A stretch of 64,000 nucleotides of DNA from an uncultured archaeon (GTDB lineage Archaea > Iainarchaeota > Iainarchaeia > Iainarchaeales > 1-14-0-10-31-34): NCBI GenBank assembly GCA_964608675.1, contig CAZSOZ010000004.1, positions 46,376-110,375 of the forward strand. The letters run 5' to 3'. The notes beneath the pieces were generated by a model. That model made no database searches. It saw only the letters and a list, made by a program, of their open reading frames with translations, and had not been told where the DNA came from. Shown here in pieces: positions 8,583 through 19,242 of the stretch. The position numbers and the translations under genes are program-made. Position 1 is the stretch's first letter. Every line of letters begins with the position of its first letter.

Positions 8583-9607
8583 TATTTTTTTAAAAGAATA
8601 ATTAATGCAGTTAATAAAACTGCAATAACTGCGGTTAAATTTATTTCAGGCATTTCAGTTAGGTTTCCTATTACTGCAGGCCCTAATTCTATTATTTCAT
8701 AGCCGGAATTGTTTGCTTTGTTTTGTTCTGGAATCTGGTTTATAGGAATATAATATGCTTCTCCGTCATCCCAGTATGCGCTGTCTGGATCCATAGGGTC
8801 AACAAAGTATTCGGGAGAAGATTCAACGTAGTTGCTTACTGTCAGAAATTCTATTTTATAGTTTTGTCTTTCTTCAAAATCATAATTTGCAAGATTAATG
8901 TTTAAATCGTATTCTTCGTAGCCGGGAGCAGAAAACTCTAAATAAAAAGGGGATGGCCCGTAAACTGCTTGTCCTGTTCTTGGATCGCTGATTATTATGA
9001 ATGCTTTTGCTTGAATTGCTTGATTTAAATAATAATTTATTTTTGCTTGAACTCTTATTTTTCCGTTCACTGAATACCTGTTTGAGGGCTCTATTTTTGT
9101 TATCTGAAAATTCGAAACAGATAATACATCTGTTGTAATTGGTTTAATTGTTATTACAACTGAATCCTGCTTTATTTGTTCTGTTGAATCAGTTATTTTT
9201 AATGTAATGTTGTGGTCTCCAATACTTAAACCTGAATATGTATGATTTTCATCTGAAGAATACCATCCTGTGTCTTTGTTTGAATCCCATTTAATAATGC
9301 AGGGAGTATTTGTGCATGTTAAATGAGACATGAATTCAATTTCTGTTCCAATATAAAACTGGTTTCCATCTGAAGGATTTAAAATTTCTGCTGAAAGTGC
9401 TTCTGCAGGGCATCCGTCACCGGAAATATCTTCACATGCCCCCCATTTGCTTGAAACACATCTTTGTATTCCAGAACATCCTTCTGAAGTAGTGCATATT
9501 CTGATTCTTCCGTCAATACATCTGTCGTCAGGCACAAAATCAGCATTTATTAAAACAAGTAAAGAAACAAAAATAAATGCAGTCAAAAAATTTTTTTTGT
9601 TCATCAT
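8582..9607 (-). CDS. Surface protein with Cys-rich N-terminus, PKD/Ig-like domain and PEF-CTERM-like anchor
   Basis: Signal peptide; WDSNKD..LSIGDHNITLKITDS; ends MPEINLTAVIAVLLTALIILLKK. Confidence 0.7.
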   Translation of the reverse strand: MMNKKNFLTAFIFVSLLVLINADFVPDDRCIDGRIRICTTSEGCSGIQRCVSSKWGACEDISGDGCPAEALSAEILNPSDGNQFYIGTEIEFMSHLTCTNTPCIIKWDSNKDTGWYSSDENHTYSGLSIGDHNITLKITDSTEQIKQDSVVITIKPITTDVLSVSNFQITKIEPSNRYSVNGKIRVQAKINYYLNQAIQAKAFIIISDPRTGQAVYGPSPFYLEFSAPGYEEYDLNINLANYDFEERQNYKIEFLTVSNYVESSPEYFVDPMDPDSAYWDDGEAYYIPINQIPEQNKANNSGYEIIELGPAVIGNLTEMPEINLTAVIAVLLTALIILLKK

Positions 9608-9693
9608 TAGTATTATTGTGTTTCTGATATTTATTTGTTGTTTAAATAAGAATGCTTTAAATTGTTTTTTGTTCTTTTTTTTAGTTGATTGTT

Positions 9694-9876
9694 ATGGGTT
9701 TAACTGATATTTTTAAGAAAAAAGAAAAAGAAGAAGAAAAACCTGTTCCTGAAGGAAAATATCATGAAGTGTGTGCTTTGTGTGGTGGAACAGGAACAGA
9801 AAAAAAGTGGGCAGGACAGTACTGGCATAAAAAATGCATGAGAAAAGCAAGAAAAGGAGCTAAAGGAATGATGTAA
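9694..9876 (+). CDS. Small zinc-finger-like protein
   Basis: CALC...HKKC. Confidence 0.7.
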   Translation: MGLTDIFKKKEKEEEKPVPEGKYHEVCALCGGTGTEKKWAGQYWHKKCMRKARKGAKGMM

Positions 9877-9877
9877 G

Positions 9878-10924
9878 TCATTCAAAAAAAGGTTTTTCTA
9901 ATTTCATTTTTTGGCCTTTGATTGTTTTTCCTAAAATAACTGCATTCAATTCAAATTGTTTTTTTAGTTCGCTGACTATTTTTTCTGAATCTTTTTGTGA
10001 AACAACTAAAACCATTCCAATTCCCATGTTAAAGGTTTTGAACATTTCTTGTTCTGAAATGTTTCCGTTTTCTTTCAGCCATTTAAAAATAAATGGTACT
10101 TGAATTTTGTTTTGATTTATTTTGGCTGTAATTCCTGTAGGAAAAATTCTTGGAAGGTTGTCTATTAAGCCTCCTCCTGTAATATGTGCTATTCCTTTTA
10201 ATTCAAATTTTTTCATTAAAAATAAAACTTCTTTTAAATAGCTTTTATGGACTTTTAATAGTTCTCCTCCGATAGTTAAATCTTGTTTTTCTACTACAAA
10301 TTGTTCTTTTAGGCTTATTTTTGTTTTTTCAAGAACTTTTCTTGCAAGAGAATAACCGTTTGTATGGAGTCCTGTGGATGGAAGTCCTATTAATGCATTG
10401 TTTTCTTTTATTTTTTTTCCTGTAATTAATTCTTTTTTTTCTGTTATTCCTATTATTGTTCCTGCTATATCAATTTCTTTTTCGGCGTAAGTTCCGGGCA
10501 TTTCTGCTGTTTCTCCTGCAATTAATGCAATTGAATTTTCTTTGCATGCTTCTGCCATTCCTTTAACTATTTCTTCTATTATTTTTGGTTCAATTTTGTC
10601 TGAGGCAATATAATCAAGAAATGCAATTGGTTTTCCTCCGTGGCATAATATGTCGTTAACAGAATGGTTAACTAAATCTTTTCCGATTGAATCCCATTTT
10701 TTCATTTGTTTTGCAATAATTGTTTTTGTTCCTATTCCGTCAATGCTTGATAAAAGTATTGGTTCCTTGAATTTTTTTATTTCTTTTAAGTTTATTGCTC
10801 CGCAGAATAAACCTGAATCAAGCAAAACGTTTTCATTAAAAGTTGATTTAACGTGTTTTTTTATTCTTTGAACTGCTTCGTTTCCTTTTTCTATGTTTAC
10901 TCCTGCTTCAGAATAAGAAACCAT
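9878..10924 (-). CDS. purM: Phosphoribosylformylglycinamidine cyclo-ligase
   Basis: YSEAGVNI, DGIGTK, GETAEMP, GLHTNGYSLARK, HITGGG, TFNMGIG. Confidence 0.96.
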   Translation of the reverse strand: MVSYSEAGVNIEKGNEAVQRIKKHVKSTFNENVLLDSGLFCGAINLKEIKKFKEPILLSSIDGIGTKTIIAKQMKKWDSIGKDLVNHSVNDILCHGGKPIAFLDYIASDKIEPKIIEEIVKGMAEACKENSIALIAGETAEMPGTYAEKEIDIAGTIIGITEKKELITGKKIKENNALIGLPSTGLHTNGYSLARKVLEKTKISLKEQFVVEKQDLTIGGELLKVHKSYLKEVLFLMKKFELKGIAHITGGGLIDNLPRIFPTGITAKINQNKIQVPFIFKWLKENGNISEQEMFKTFNMGIGMVLVVSQKDSEKIVSELKKQFELNAVILGKTIKGQKMKLEKPFFE

Positions 10925-10934
10925 TTTTTTTTCC

Positions 10935-11606
10935 TCACAAAATTTTTGTCCCTGTTTTTGTTCCTGCAATTACAGTGCAGTCTCTTGTAAACAATCCGTT
11001 TTCTTTTATGCCTTTTATTAAATTAAGGTTTTTTTCGAGTTCTTTTGCATTTGTTATTGGAGAATGCATTTGCATGGAAATAACGTAATTGTTGTTTTCT
11101 GTTTCAACTGGCATGCATTTGTTTGAAACCTGAACTATTTCTGCATCAAATTTTTTGTTTAATTTAGTTAGAATTTCAATTGTTTCTGCAGGCTCTACTT
11201 CAAGGAGTATTTCTTCTGTTAATTCTTTGTTTAATTTGCTTTCATCTATTATTACTATAAATTTTTTTGCTTTGTAATCTATTTGTTTTTCTTTCAGGAA
11301 AGCATATCCTCCCATTCCTTTAAGCAGTTCTTTTTTTTGGTTTACTTGGTCTGCTCCGTCTACTGCTATATCAATTTTTTGAATGGAATTTTGGCTTACA
11401 ACTTTTAAATCTGAGTCTATTGCAAGTCGCATTGTTTTGTTTGAAGTAGCAATACAAATTAAATCTAGTTTTTCTTTTTTGTTTTTTTCTGCTAGTTTTT
11501 TTACGAATATTTCTGCAGTTGAACCGCTTCCTAGTCCAACTGTCATTCCTTTTTTTATGTATTTTAATGCTTCTTTTGCCGCGTTTTCTTTTTGTTTTTC
11601 ATTCAT
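10935..11606 (-). CDS. rpiA: Ribose-5-phosphate isomerase A
   Basis: GLGSGST, DGADQV, KGMGG. Confidence 0.95.
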   Translation of the reverse strand: MNEKQKENAAKEALKYIKKGMTVGLGSGSTAEIFVKKLAEKNKKEKLDLICIATSNKTMRLAIDSDLKVVSQNSIQKIDIAVDGADQVNQKKELLKGMGGYAFLKEKQIDYKAKKFIVIIDESKLNKELTEEILLEVEPAETIEILTKLNKKFDAEIVQVSNKCMPVETENNNYVISMQMHSPITNAKELEKNLNLIKGIKENGLFTRDCTVIAGTKTGTKIL

Positions 11607-11643
11607 TTTTTTCTCACAAAACATTAATTGAAAAGAAAAGATT

Positions 11644-12555
11644 TTAATTTGGTTTGAATGCCATCAATCCTGCTCCAATTATTCCTGCTTTTTCTTTGAA
11701 TTTTGCTTTAATTATTTTTGTATTTGAAGCTCTTTTGAATGCTCTTTTTTTTACTTCTTTTTTTGCCTGCTGAATTAAAATATTTGAATTGCTTAGTCCT
11801 CCGCCTAAAACAATTGCTTCAGGGTTAAAACAGTTTATTATGTTGGTTAAGCCTATTCCAAGAAATGTTCCTGTTTCTTTTAAAATGGAAATAGCTATTT
11901 TGTCTCCTTTTTTTGCTGCTTCATCTACTTTTTTTGGAGTCAACGGCCACATTTTTTTTAGTTTTGATTCAAATAATTCTGTTTTTATTTCAGTTAACTG
12001 CATTAAAGGTTTTATTCCAATGTATTGTTCTAGGCATCCATTGTTTCCGCAGGAACATTTTGGGCCGTTAAAATTTATTGTCATGTGGCCTATTTCTGTT
12101 AAATTGTTTTTTCCTGAATAAATTTTTTTGTTTATTATTATTCCTGAACCCACGCCGGTTCCTGCAGTTAACCCTATTATTATATTGAATTTTTTTGCGT
12201 TTCCAATTAATGCTTCAGCGTAAGCCATTAGAACTGCATCATTCTGCAGAAAAATTTTTTTTCTTGTTTTATTTTTTAATGCTTTAATTAAATTGGTTTT
12301 GTTCATGCAGGCAATGTTAGGGCTCTGTATTATAATTCCTTTTTTTGGGTCAACGTCTCCTGCAAACCCTATTCCTATTGCTTTTATTTCTTTTGAATCA
12401 AGTTTTTTGATTACTTTAATCAGGTTTTCAATTAATTTTTTTTTGCCGTAATGAGAGTTTGTTTCAATAGTAATTTGCTTTAAGATTTTTCCTTTTTTTG
12501 TGATTATTCCTGCTTTAATTTCTGTTCCTCCTATGTCTATTCCTATTGTTTTCAT
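11644..12555 (-). CDS. ROK-family sugar kinase (glucokinase-like)
   Basis: GIDIGGT, NDA, GTGVGSG, EIGH, CSCGNNGCLE. Confidence 0.93.
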   Translation of the reverse strand: MKTIGIDIGGTEIKAGIITKKGKILKQITIETNSHYGKKKLIENLIKVIKKLDSKEIKAIGIGFAGDVDPKKGIIIQSPNIACMNKTNLIKALKNKTRKKIFLQNDAVLMAYAEALIGNAKKFNIIIGLTAGTGVGSGIIINKKIYSGKNNLTEIGHMTINFNGPKCSCGNNGCLEQYIGIKPLMQLTEIKTELFESKLKKMWPLTPKKVDEAAKKGDKIAISILKETGTFLGIGLTNIINCFNPEAIVLGGGLSNSNILIQQAKKEVKKRAFKRASNTKIIKAKFKEKAGIIGAGLMAFKPN

Positions 12556-13530
12556 TTAATCACTTAAAAATTTTTTTAGTTTTGTTATCACTGGAACAGG
12601 ATAAGGGTTTACTTGGTTTTTTAATGCAAGATAATATGAAGTGAAATCTCCTAAATAAATTAAATAAAATAATTGTGTTAAAAGGCTTTTTCCTTTTGCA
12701 GTGAATTCAAGTATTGTGTTTTCTTTTGAAAAAACTTTTTTTGTGAATTCAATTCTTTTTTGTGTTTGGCTGTTTTCGTTTTTTGTTTTCAGGAAAACAA
12801 ACACTCCTTTTTTATAGTTCATGTTTATTTCATTATGGTTCATTTCTGGAATAACGTTTGCATGACAGAAGTCTTTTGAGTTTTCATTTATTTGTGTCAT
12901 CCATCTAAAGGAGGCAATTTCAGTTTTTTTTGTTGAATAAACAAAAACTGTTTTTTTCTGCATTTTTTCTGCTAAATCTGCTGCTTGTTTTTTTATTTTG
13001 TTTTTTTCTTTTTCTGCAAGTTCAATGAATTCCTGTATTTCTTTTTCTTTTCCTTGAATTAAACCAAGTTTTTTTAATGCAAAAATTAAAGGCACAACAA
13101 GAAAAGCTGTTGCTGCTCTTGGAGGATATCCTTTTGGAATTTTGATGAAGTAATTGCATTCTTTGCTGAATTTTTTTCCTGAACTTATTCCTAATATAAA
13201 TGCATTTTTTTGTTTTGCTTTTCTTGTTCCTTTCAGGGTTTCTTCTGTTCCTCCTGAATAACTTACTGCAATAAACAATGTTTTGTTTGAAACAAATTCA
13301 GGGATTGCATAATCATTGTTTGTTTGAATAGGAATTTTTAATTCGTTTCTGAATAAAGTTTCAAGTATTTTTCCTGTAATTCCTGAACCTCCCATTCCTT
13401 GAACCACGATGTTTTCAAAGCTTTTTTTTTCCAAAGAAACTTTTTTTCCTATTTCTATTCCTTGTTTTATTTGTTCTGGAAATTTTTCAAGCAGTCCTAA
13501 ATAATTGTTTTCGTCTATTTTTGTATTCAT
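12556..13530 (-). CDS. Bifunctional phosphoglucose/phosphomannose isomerase
   Basis: GMGGSG, SYSGGTEET, PPR, NENSK, PEMNHNE. Confidence 0.93.
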   Translation of the reverse strand: MNTKIDENNYLGLLEKFPEQIKQGIEIGKKVSLEKKSFENIVVQGMGGSGITGKILETLFRNELKIPIQTNNDYAIPEFVSNKTLFIAVSYSGGTEETLKGTRKAKQKNAFILGISSGKKFSKECNYFIKIPKGYPPRAATAFLVVPLIFALKKLGLIQGKEKEIQEFIELAEKEKNKIKKQAADLAEKMQKKTVFVYSTKKTEIASFRWMTQINENSKDFCHANVIPEMNHNEINMNYKKGVFVFLKTKNENSQTQKRIEFTKKVFSKENTILEFTAKGKSLLTQLFYLIYLGDFTSYYLALKNQVNPYPVPVITKLKKFLSD

Positions 13531-13546
13531 TTTTTTTTCACCTTTT

Positions 13547-14365
13547 TTATTTCAGAATCTCAGGAATTAATTCAATTAAATTTGATGCAGTAAAATATTG
13601 TCCTTTTTGTTTAAAGGCTTTTTCTCCTGTAAGCCCGTTAATTAGTGCTCCTGCTGAAGCTGAATCAAATAATGAATTTTTTGTTGCTAAAGCTGAAACA
13701 ATTCCTGCAAGAACGTCTCCGGTTCCTATTACTGCCATTCTTGGATTCCCTGTTTTGTTCAGAAAAGTTTTTTTTCTGTTTGAAATTATATCTGTGTTTC
13801 CTTTAAGCAGAATTGTTGTATTGAATTGTTTGGCTTTTTTTTCAGTTAATTTTATTCTTTCCTTTAATTTCAATGAAGGTTTTAATCCGAATTTTTCTTT
13901 GAATTCCATTGCATGAGGAAGATATAATGAATTTTCTGGTTTTCCTTTCAGCATTTTTATTGCATCTGCTTCAATTATTTTTTTGATTTTGATTTTTGGA
14001 ATTAATGCATTAACGAATTCGTTTGTTTTTTGGTTTTTTGTTATTCCGTTTCCGATTAAAACTGCATCAAAGTCATTTATTTTTTTAAGTATTTTTTTTG
14101 CGTGTTTTTTTTCAAAGTAGTTTCCTTTGAATTTTTTTGTTATTATGTCTGGAGAAAAAGTGTTTATGGCTAAAGCAGCTTTTTCTGGTGCAAACACTTC
14201 AACTAAATCAACGAATTTTAATGCTGATAAAGCGCATAAAGCAGGTCCTCCGATGTATTCAATGCTTCCTCCTATTATTAGCAGTTTTCCGTTTTTTCCT
14301 TTGTAGTCATTTTTTTTTCTTTTAAATAAAACTTTTTTCAGTATTTTTTTTGAAACAGTTTTCAT
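13547..14365 (-). CDS. nnrD: ADP-dependent NAD(P)H-hydrate dehydratase
   Basis: KGKNGKLLIIGGS, PHAMEF, GNPRMAVIGTGDVLAG. Confidence 0.92.
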   Translation of the reverse strand: MKTVSKKILKKVLFKRKKNDYKGKNGKLLIIGGSIEYIGGPALCALSALKFVDLVEVFAPEKAALAINTFSPDIITKKFKGNYFEKKHAKKILKKINDFDAVLIGNGITKNQKTNEFVNALIPKIKIKKIIEADAIKMLKGKPENSLYLPHAMEFKEKFGLKPSLKLKERIKLTEKKAKQFNTTILLKGNTDIISNRKKTFLNKTGNPRMAVIGTGDVLAGIVSALATKNSLFDSASAGALINGLTGEKAFKQKGQYFTASNLIELIPEILK

Positions 14366-16248
14366 TCTATTCCCTTTTTTTTGAGTTCTTCTTTTAAGAT
14401 TTTGCTTGCTTGTTTTCCTGAGGCTTTTCCTTTGATTTGAATCATTGCGTTTCCCATTAAAGCAGAAAACACGTTTGCTCCTTCTGTTTTTATTATTGCA
14501 GAATTTTTTTCAATTATTTCTTTAATTAAATTTCTTAGTTTTTTTTCTGAGAATTGTTCTTCCTGTAGTTCTTTTATTATTGCATTAACAGGTTTTTCTG
14601 GTTCTTTGCTCCATAAAGACAGTGCTTTTAATTGGTTTTCCTGCAGTAGTTTTTCCTCCCTTGTTTTTTCTAGTATTTCTTCAATCATTTCTTCTGAAAT
14701 GTTTTCTGTGTGAATTCCCTGTCTTTTTAATGTAGTGAGGCTTTCTAAAAGCAGTACTGCTGTTTTGGTTGGATTGAATCCTTTTTTTGTGAGTTTTTCA
14801 AAGAATTTTGCGTGATTGTTTAATTTCATTTTTTCTGCTAATTGTTCTGAGATTTTGTATTTGTTGATGTATTTTATTTTTCTTTGTTCTGGTGTAAGAG
14901 GAAGATTTTCTTTTATTTTTTCAAGTGTTTTTTTGTTTATTTTTTTGATCGGAACATCTGTTTCAGGATACATTCTGGCTTTTCCTCCTAATGGTCTGGA
15001 GTATTCTGTTGTTCCGTCAGGCAGAGCATTTCTTGTTTCTTCGGGGATTTCGTTTAATGCTGTAATGCTTCTTTGAATTACAGTTTTTAGTGCTTGTTCT
15101 GCTTTTATTTTTTCTGCTGAAACCAAAACAAATCCGTCTTGTTCTGAGCAATTTAATTTTTGTTTGGTTTTTTCTGTTTCTTTTTCTGAAATGCCGTATT
15201 TTGGCAGTTCATCTGAATGAAAGATTCCTTTTAATCCGGTTTTTGCTTTAACGTATTTTGCGAGTTCTGTTCCGAATCTTTTTTCTTTTTGAAGTTCTTT
15301 CCCTATTAATTTTTTGAATTTTGGAAGAAGTATTCCGAACACTTTTTTTCCTTTAATCATTTTGCATTCTGTTTCAGAAAAAATTTCAGTTAATTCAATT
15401 GTTTCTTGTTTTTCGAGTTCTTCTTTTGTCAGGTTTCTTTTTGCTAGTTCTGTTTTTAATTCAAGGAGATTAACTTGTCTTTCTGTTTCTTTTTCTATGA
15501 ATTTGTCTATCATTTCAAGTTCTTGGACTCCTTTTATTTCAATTCTTGCTCCTTTTTCAATTGAAATATTTATGTCCTGCCTTATGCTTCCTAATCCTCT
15601 TTTTGTTTTGCAGGTTCTTCTGAATAATTCTCCTATTTTTAATGCAGTTTCTTTTGCTTCTTTTGGGGAATAAATTTCGGGTTCTGTTGCTAATTCAATT
15701 AAAGGAATTCCAAGCCTGTCTAATGAATAAATTATTTGGTTGTTTTTTTCGTCTATTTTTTTTGCTGAATCTTCTTCTAATGCTATTGTTTGAATGTTTA
15801 TTTCTTTTTCTTTTAATTTAATTTTTCCTTTTAATGCTATCATGGCTGTTCTTTGAAAGCCTGATGTATTGCTTCCGTCAATTACTGTTTTTCTCATTAT
15901 ATGAATTGAATCAACTATGTTTGATTCTGCCATTAAAGCTATTTCAAGAACAGTGTTTAATGCTTGTTCGTCTATTTTTTTTGGGGGTTCTTCGTCTAAT
16001 TCAATTAAACAACAGGAATCATCAAAATATTTGTATACATAATTCTGTTTTTTGTTGAATGCCTCTAAAGCTGCTTTATCAAATTCTCCTAACTCTGATG
16101 CCACCGGCCTTAATTTTCTTTTAATTTCTAAATCTGCTTTTTTTTCCATTATTTTTGATGGACAACGGCAGAACAATTTTCCGGTATTAAGCTGTTGGTG
16201 TACTTCTAGTCCGGCTTTTAATCCGAGTTCTTTGTAATTTAATTCCAT
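14362..16248 (-). CDS. gatE: Glu-tRNA(Gln) amidotransferase subunit E
   Basis: GLEVHQQL, DGSNTSGFQRT, LDRLGIPLIE, RGLGSIRQD, RMYPETD. Confidence 0.97.
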   Translation of the reverse strand: MELNYKELGLKAGLEVHQQLNTGKLFCRCPSKIMEKKADLEIKRKLRPVASELGEFDKAALEAFNKKQNYVYKYFDDSCCLIELDEEPPKKIDEQALNTVLEIALMAESNIVDSIHIMRKTVIDGSNTSGFQRTAMIALKGKIKLKEKEINIQTIALEEDSAKKIDEKNNQIIYSLDRLGIPLIELATEPEIYSPKEAKETALKIGELFRRTCKTKRGLGSIRQDINISIEKGARIEIKGVQELEMIDKFIEKETERQVNLLELKTELAKRNLTKEELEKQETIELTEIFSETECKMIKGKKVFGILLPKFKKLIGKELQKEKRFGTELAKYVKAKTGLKGIFHSDELPKYGISEKETEKTKQKLNCSEQDGFVLVSAEKIKAEQALKTVIQRSITALNEIPEETRNALPDGTTEYSRPLGGKARMYPETDVPIKKINKKTLEKIKENLPLTPEQRKIKYINKYKISEQLAEKMKLNNHAKFFEKLTKKGFNPTKTAVLLLESLTTLKRQGIHTENISEEMIEEILEKTREEKLLQENQLKALSLWSKEPEKPVNAIIKELQEEQFSEKKLRNLIKEIIEKNSAIIKTEGANVFSALMGNAMIQIKGKASGKQASKILKEELKKKGIE

Positions 16249-16307
16249 TTAATTACCTTTTTTATAAATAAATGAGATAACTTAATTTAAAAGTTATTTA
16301 ATTAGTT

Positions 16308-17363
16308 TTATTTTTGCAGGTAAACTGTGTGGGTTGGAAAAGGAATTGAAATTTTTGCTTTGTTTAGTTCATTGTAGATTTCTTTTGTTAATTCTCTTTC
16401 TGTTGACCATACTTCAGTGTAATTGTCGCACCAGAATTTTGCAGTGAAATTTAAAGAAAAGTCTCCCATTGAAAGCATTTCAACTGCAGGTTCTCTTCCT
16501 TGTTTTTTTGAAACCATTGGATGATTTTTTATTAAATTAATTATGGTTTTCTGGACTTTTTCTGGTTTGGTTCCATAGCTTACTCCAAATTTTATTTCTC
16601 CTCTGCCGAATGAATTTGGTTGAGCATAATTTATTATTTTGCTGTTGGCCATAGTAGAGTTTGGAACAATTATTACTTCGTTTGAATAAGTTCTTACTCT
16701 TGTGCTTCTTAATCCAACTTCTTCTATTATTCCTATTTCTCCTGAATCAAGCTTTATTTTGTCTCCTAATTTAATTGATTTGTCTAAAAGAAGGGCTATT
16801 CCTCCGAATAAATTTGAAACAGTTTCTTGTGCAGCAAAAGCTAATGCAAGTCCTCCTATTCCTACTCCTGCCAGCAATGCTGTAACATCAAATCCAACTG
16901 AATCCAATAACATGATTGTTCCTAGAATTATTATTACTGCTTTGCTTCCTTTTGAGAATAAGGGAACCATTTGGTCGTCAAAAGAACTTTTTGTTTTTTT
17001 GGTTAAAGGAATCAAAATTTTGTCTCTGAACGCATCAACAAATCGTATTGCAGTCCAGCCTAAAACAATTATTACTGCTGATTTAAATACTGTTGAAAAC
17101 AATCCGTTTTGTATTCCAAGATAGTTGGCTGAAATAAATGCTCCAATCAAAAAAATCACTGCAGCAATTGGTTCTTCTATTATGTCAATTAACACGTCAT
17201 CCAAATCTGTTTTTGTTTTTGCTGTAATTTTTCTTCCTATAGTTTTAAAGAAATAGTATGCAATTTTTCCTAAAGCGTATGCTCCAATTAAAATTGTTAA
17301 TGCAATCAGAATGTCCTGCAATGAATGCCCTAAAAAAGTCTGTTGAAGTATTTCCAGAACCAT
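16308..17363 (-). CDS. mscS: Small-conductance mechanosensitive channel
   Basis: GIGGLALAFAAQETVSNLFGG, GLRSTRVRT, VPNS, ISIPFP. Confidence 0.93.
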   Translation of the reverse strand: MVLEILQQTFLGHSLQDILIALTILIGAYALGKIAYYFFKTIGRKITAKTKTDLDDVLIDIIEEPIAAVIFLIGAFISANYLGIQNGLFSTVFKSAVIIVLGWTAIRFVDAFRDKILIPLTKKTKSSFDDQMVPLFSKGSKAVIIILGTIMLLDSVGFDVTALLAGVGIGGLALAFAAQETVSNLFGGIALLLDKSIKLGDKIKLDSGEIGIIEEVGLRSTRVRTYSNEVIIVPNSTMANSKIINYAQPNSFGRGEIKFGVSYGTKPEKVQKTIINLIKNHPMVSKKQGREPAVEMLSMGDFSLNFTAKFWCDNYTEVWSTERELTKEIYNELNKAKISIPFPTHTVYLQK

Positions 17364-17487
17364 TAATTCACCGAAATAATATTCTTTGAATGATTAATCA
17401 TTTAAATCTTGCTTTTTGAATAAAAAGAATTTTATATGAGTATTTTCTTATTTTTAGTTAACAAATTTTTTTTTGGAGGAACTTTAA

Positions 17488-18168
17488 ATGAAGAAAATAA
17501 TATTTTTGTTAATTATTCTTTTTTTGACTGTGTCTTTTGTTGGATGCACTGAAGAAAAAAAAGATAAAACAAATGAAGATAAAAATGAAGATAAAAAAGA
17601 AAATGAAAATGTGAGCATTGAATTAATTGATTGCGGTTCTGATTCTGAATGCTGGGAAGAAAATTTAAAACAGTGCACTCCTGCAAAATTTGAAACAGGT
17701 TTAGGCGATCAAATAAGATTTCTTTTTACAATCAAAGGTTTTGAAGGAAATAAATGCAAAATATATCATTTAGCTGTAAAAAACCCTTCGCCTGATTTTG
17801 AGGGAACTTATTATGAATGCTTGATTCCAAATGACAAGCTCACACAGCAGGGTTATGAAGAATGGATTCAGACAAATTTGCTTACTTCCTGTACAGGTAC
17901 CTATGTGGATGCATCAAAAGATTTAATGGGTCCTTCTGATTGCATGGAAACAGGATTAAGGCCTGGAGTTGGATTCAAGAATGACAGCATTACAGGAGGA
18001 AAGCTTGTTAAAGTAACTGAAATTGGAGATAATGATGAAATAACAGTTGACGTTGACGGAACAACAGAAACAATTCAGATTTCAGAGACAAAAACAATTA
18101 ATGGAATCTCAATCGAAAATATTGTAATTGAAAACGGGATGGCGCAAATAAAACTTTGCAACAGTTAA
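17488..18168 (+). CDS. Hypothetical lipoprotein with an S-layer-like C-terminal segment
   Basis: FVGC lipobox, multiple Cys, VDVDGTTETI..KTINGI. Confidence 0.7.
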   Translation: MKKIIFLLIILFLTVSFVGCTEEKKDKTNEDKNEDKKENENVSIELIDCGSDSECWEENLKQCTPAKFETGLGDQIRFLFTIKGFEGNKCKIYHLAVKNPSPDFEGTYYECLIPNDKLTQQGYEEWIQTNLLTSCTGTYVDASKDLMGPSDCMETGLRPGVGFKNDSITGGKLVKVTEIGDNDEITVDVDGTTETIQISETKTINGISIENIVIENGMAQIKLCNS

Positions 18169-18184
18169 ATAAAAAAAAGCATTA

Positions 18185-18219
18185 GAAGCCAAACAATTGT
18201 TTGGTTTTCTTTTTTTTTT
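18185..18219. terminator. Palindromic terminator
   Basis: Perfect palindrome CCAAACAATTGTTTGG (18189-18204) followed by a long T run. Confidence 0.65.
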
Positions 18220-18708
18220 ATTCGATATTCACTTGTACTTTTTTGTTTACATCAAATTCTTTTTCTATATCAATTCTTGCCTGAACAAACCATTCGGTCC
18301 TGCTTGCACTTCCTGAAAGGAATTGCAAGGCCTGCACTGCTGTTCCAACACTTCCTTCCAGTCCTCTTCCTTTTTGCATGATATCTGTGGACACAAGAAT
18401 TCAAAGTCATATTATTTTCGGCGTATTCTTTTTTTCCATTTAAAGGCATTTCAAATTTGTGAATAAACTGTTGTTTTGTTTTTGTCTGGTTTCTGTTGTG
18501 TTTTCATATTTTAATTCTTATTCCTGAGCCGCCTAATCCAATTGTATTAGAAGAAAAAGTTGTTTTTACTCCTGCAAAAATTACTTTGAGTTGTTTTGCT
18601 TTGGCAGGCTTCTTCATTTTCACTTTAACTTTTCCTTTGATTGTCTCTCCGGGCTTGAAATTAAATTTTTCCAGGTTTATTTCAATTTTTTCTTTTCCGA
18701 AATAACAT
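18218..18708 (-). pseudogene. Degraded arrestin/SpoOM-like beta-sandwich protein gene
   Basis: Fragments in different frames: MLF/GKEKIEINLEKFNFKPGETIKGKVKVKMKKPAKAKQLKVIFAG...*...FEMPLNGKKEY.../EWFVQARIDIEKEFDVNKKVQVNIE*. Confidence 0.65.
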
Positions 18709-19242
18709 GTTTTTTGCTTTTAATCTTTTCTTTTTTTTGTAATCCAAAAACAACTGCAAATAATTTTTTGTTATCCGGTTTTTTTTCTTTAAACCCAAAA
18801 GTTTTTCTGTTTCATTTATTCCTTTTTTTGTTCCTTCTAACTCCAAATAAAATCCAATAAAAGGAAGTTCGTCTAACAAAATTTCAGTTGAATTTAATTC
18901 AAAACTTTCTCTTTTTTTTTCATAAACAAAAAAAGACTGAAAATTCATTTTTTCCAGTAATTCTTTTGTGCGTTTAAAATTTTTTATTTGTAGTTCGGTT
19001 TCTTTTCTTTCTTTGAATTTTCCTTTGGCTTTAACTGGAGATTTAAATGTCAAAGTATTTTTTTTTGCTTTTCTTAACCTTAACAGAAAACCTTTTTTTT
19101 TGAATAAAGAATCAGGCAAATCAAAAACTAAATTTAATTCTTTTTCTTTTTTTTTGAATTCAGCTTTTTTTTTCAGATTTTTTTTTATTTTATTTAATTC
19201 TTTTTTGTTTTTGATTTTGTGTTTTACTTCGATTTCAATCAT
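18682..19242 (-). CDS. CYTH-domain protein (class IV adenylate cyclase family)
   Basis: EIEVK, LRLR, TFK, YEKKRE, YLELEG. Confidence 0.9.
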   Translation of the reverse strand: MIEIEVKHKIKNKKELNKIKKNLKKKAEFKKKEKELNLVFDLPDSLFKKKGFLLRLRKAKKNTLTFKSPVKAKGKFKERKETELQIKNFKRTKELLEKMNFQSFFVYEKKRESFELNSTEILLDELPFIGFYLELEGTKKGINETEKLLGLKKKNRITKNYLQLFLDYKKKKRLKAKNMLFRKRKN

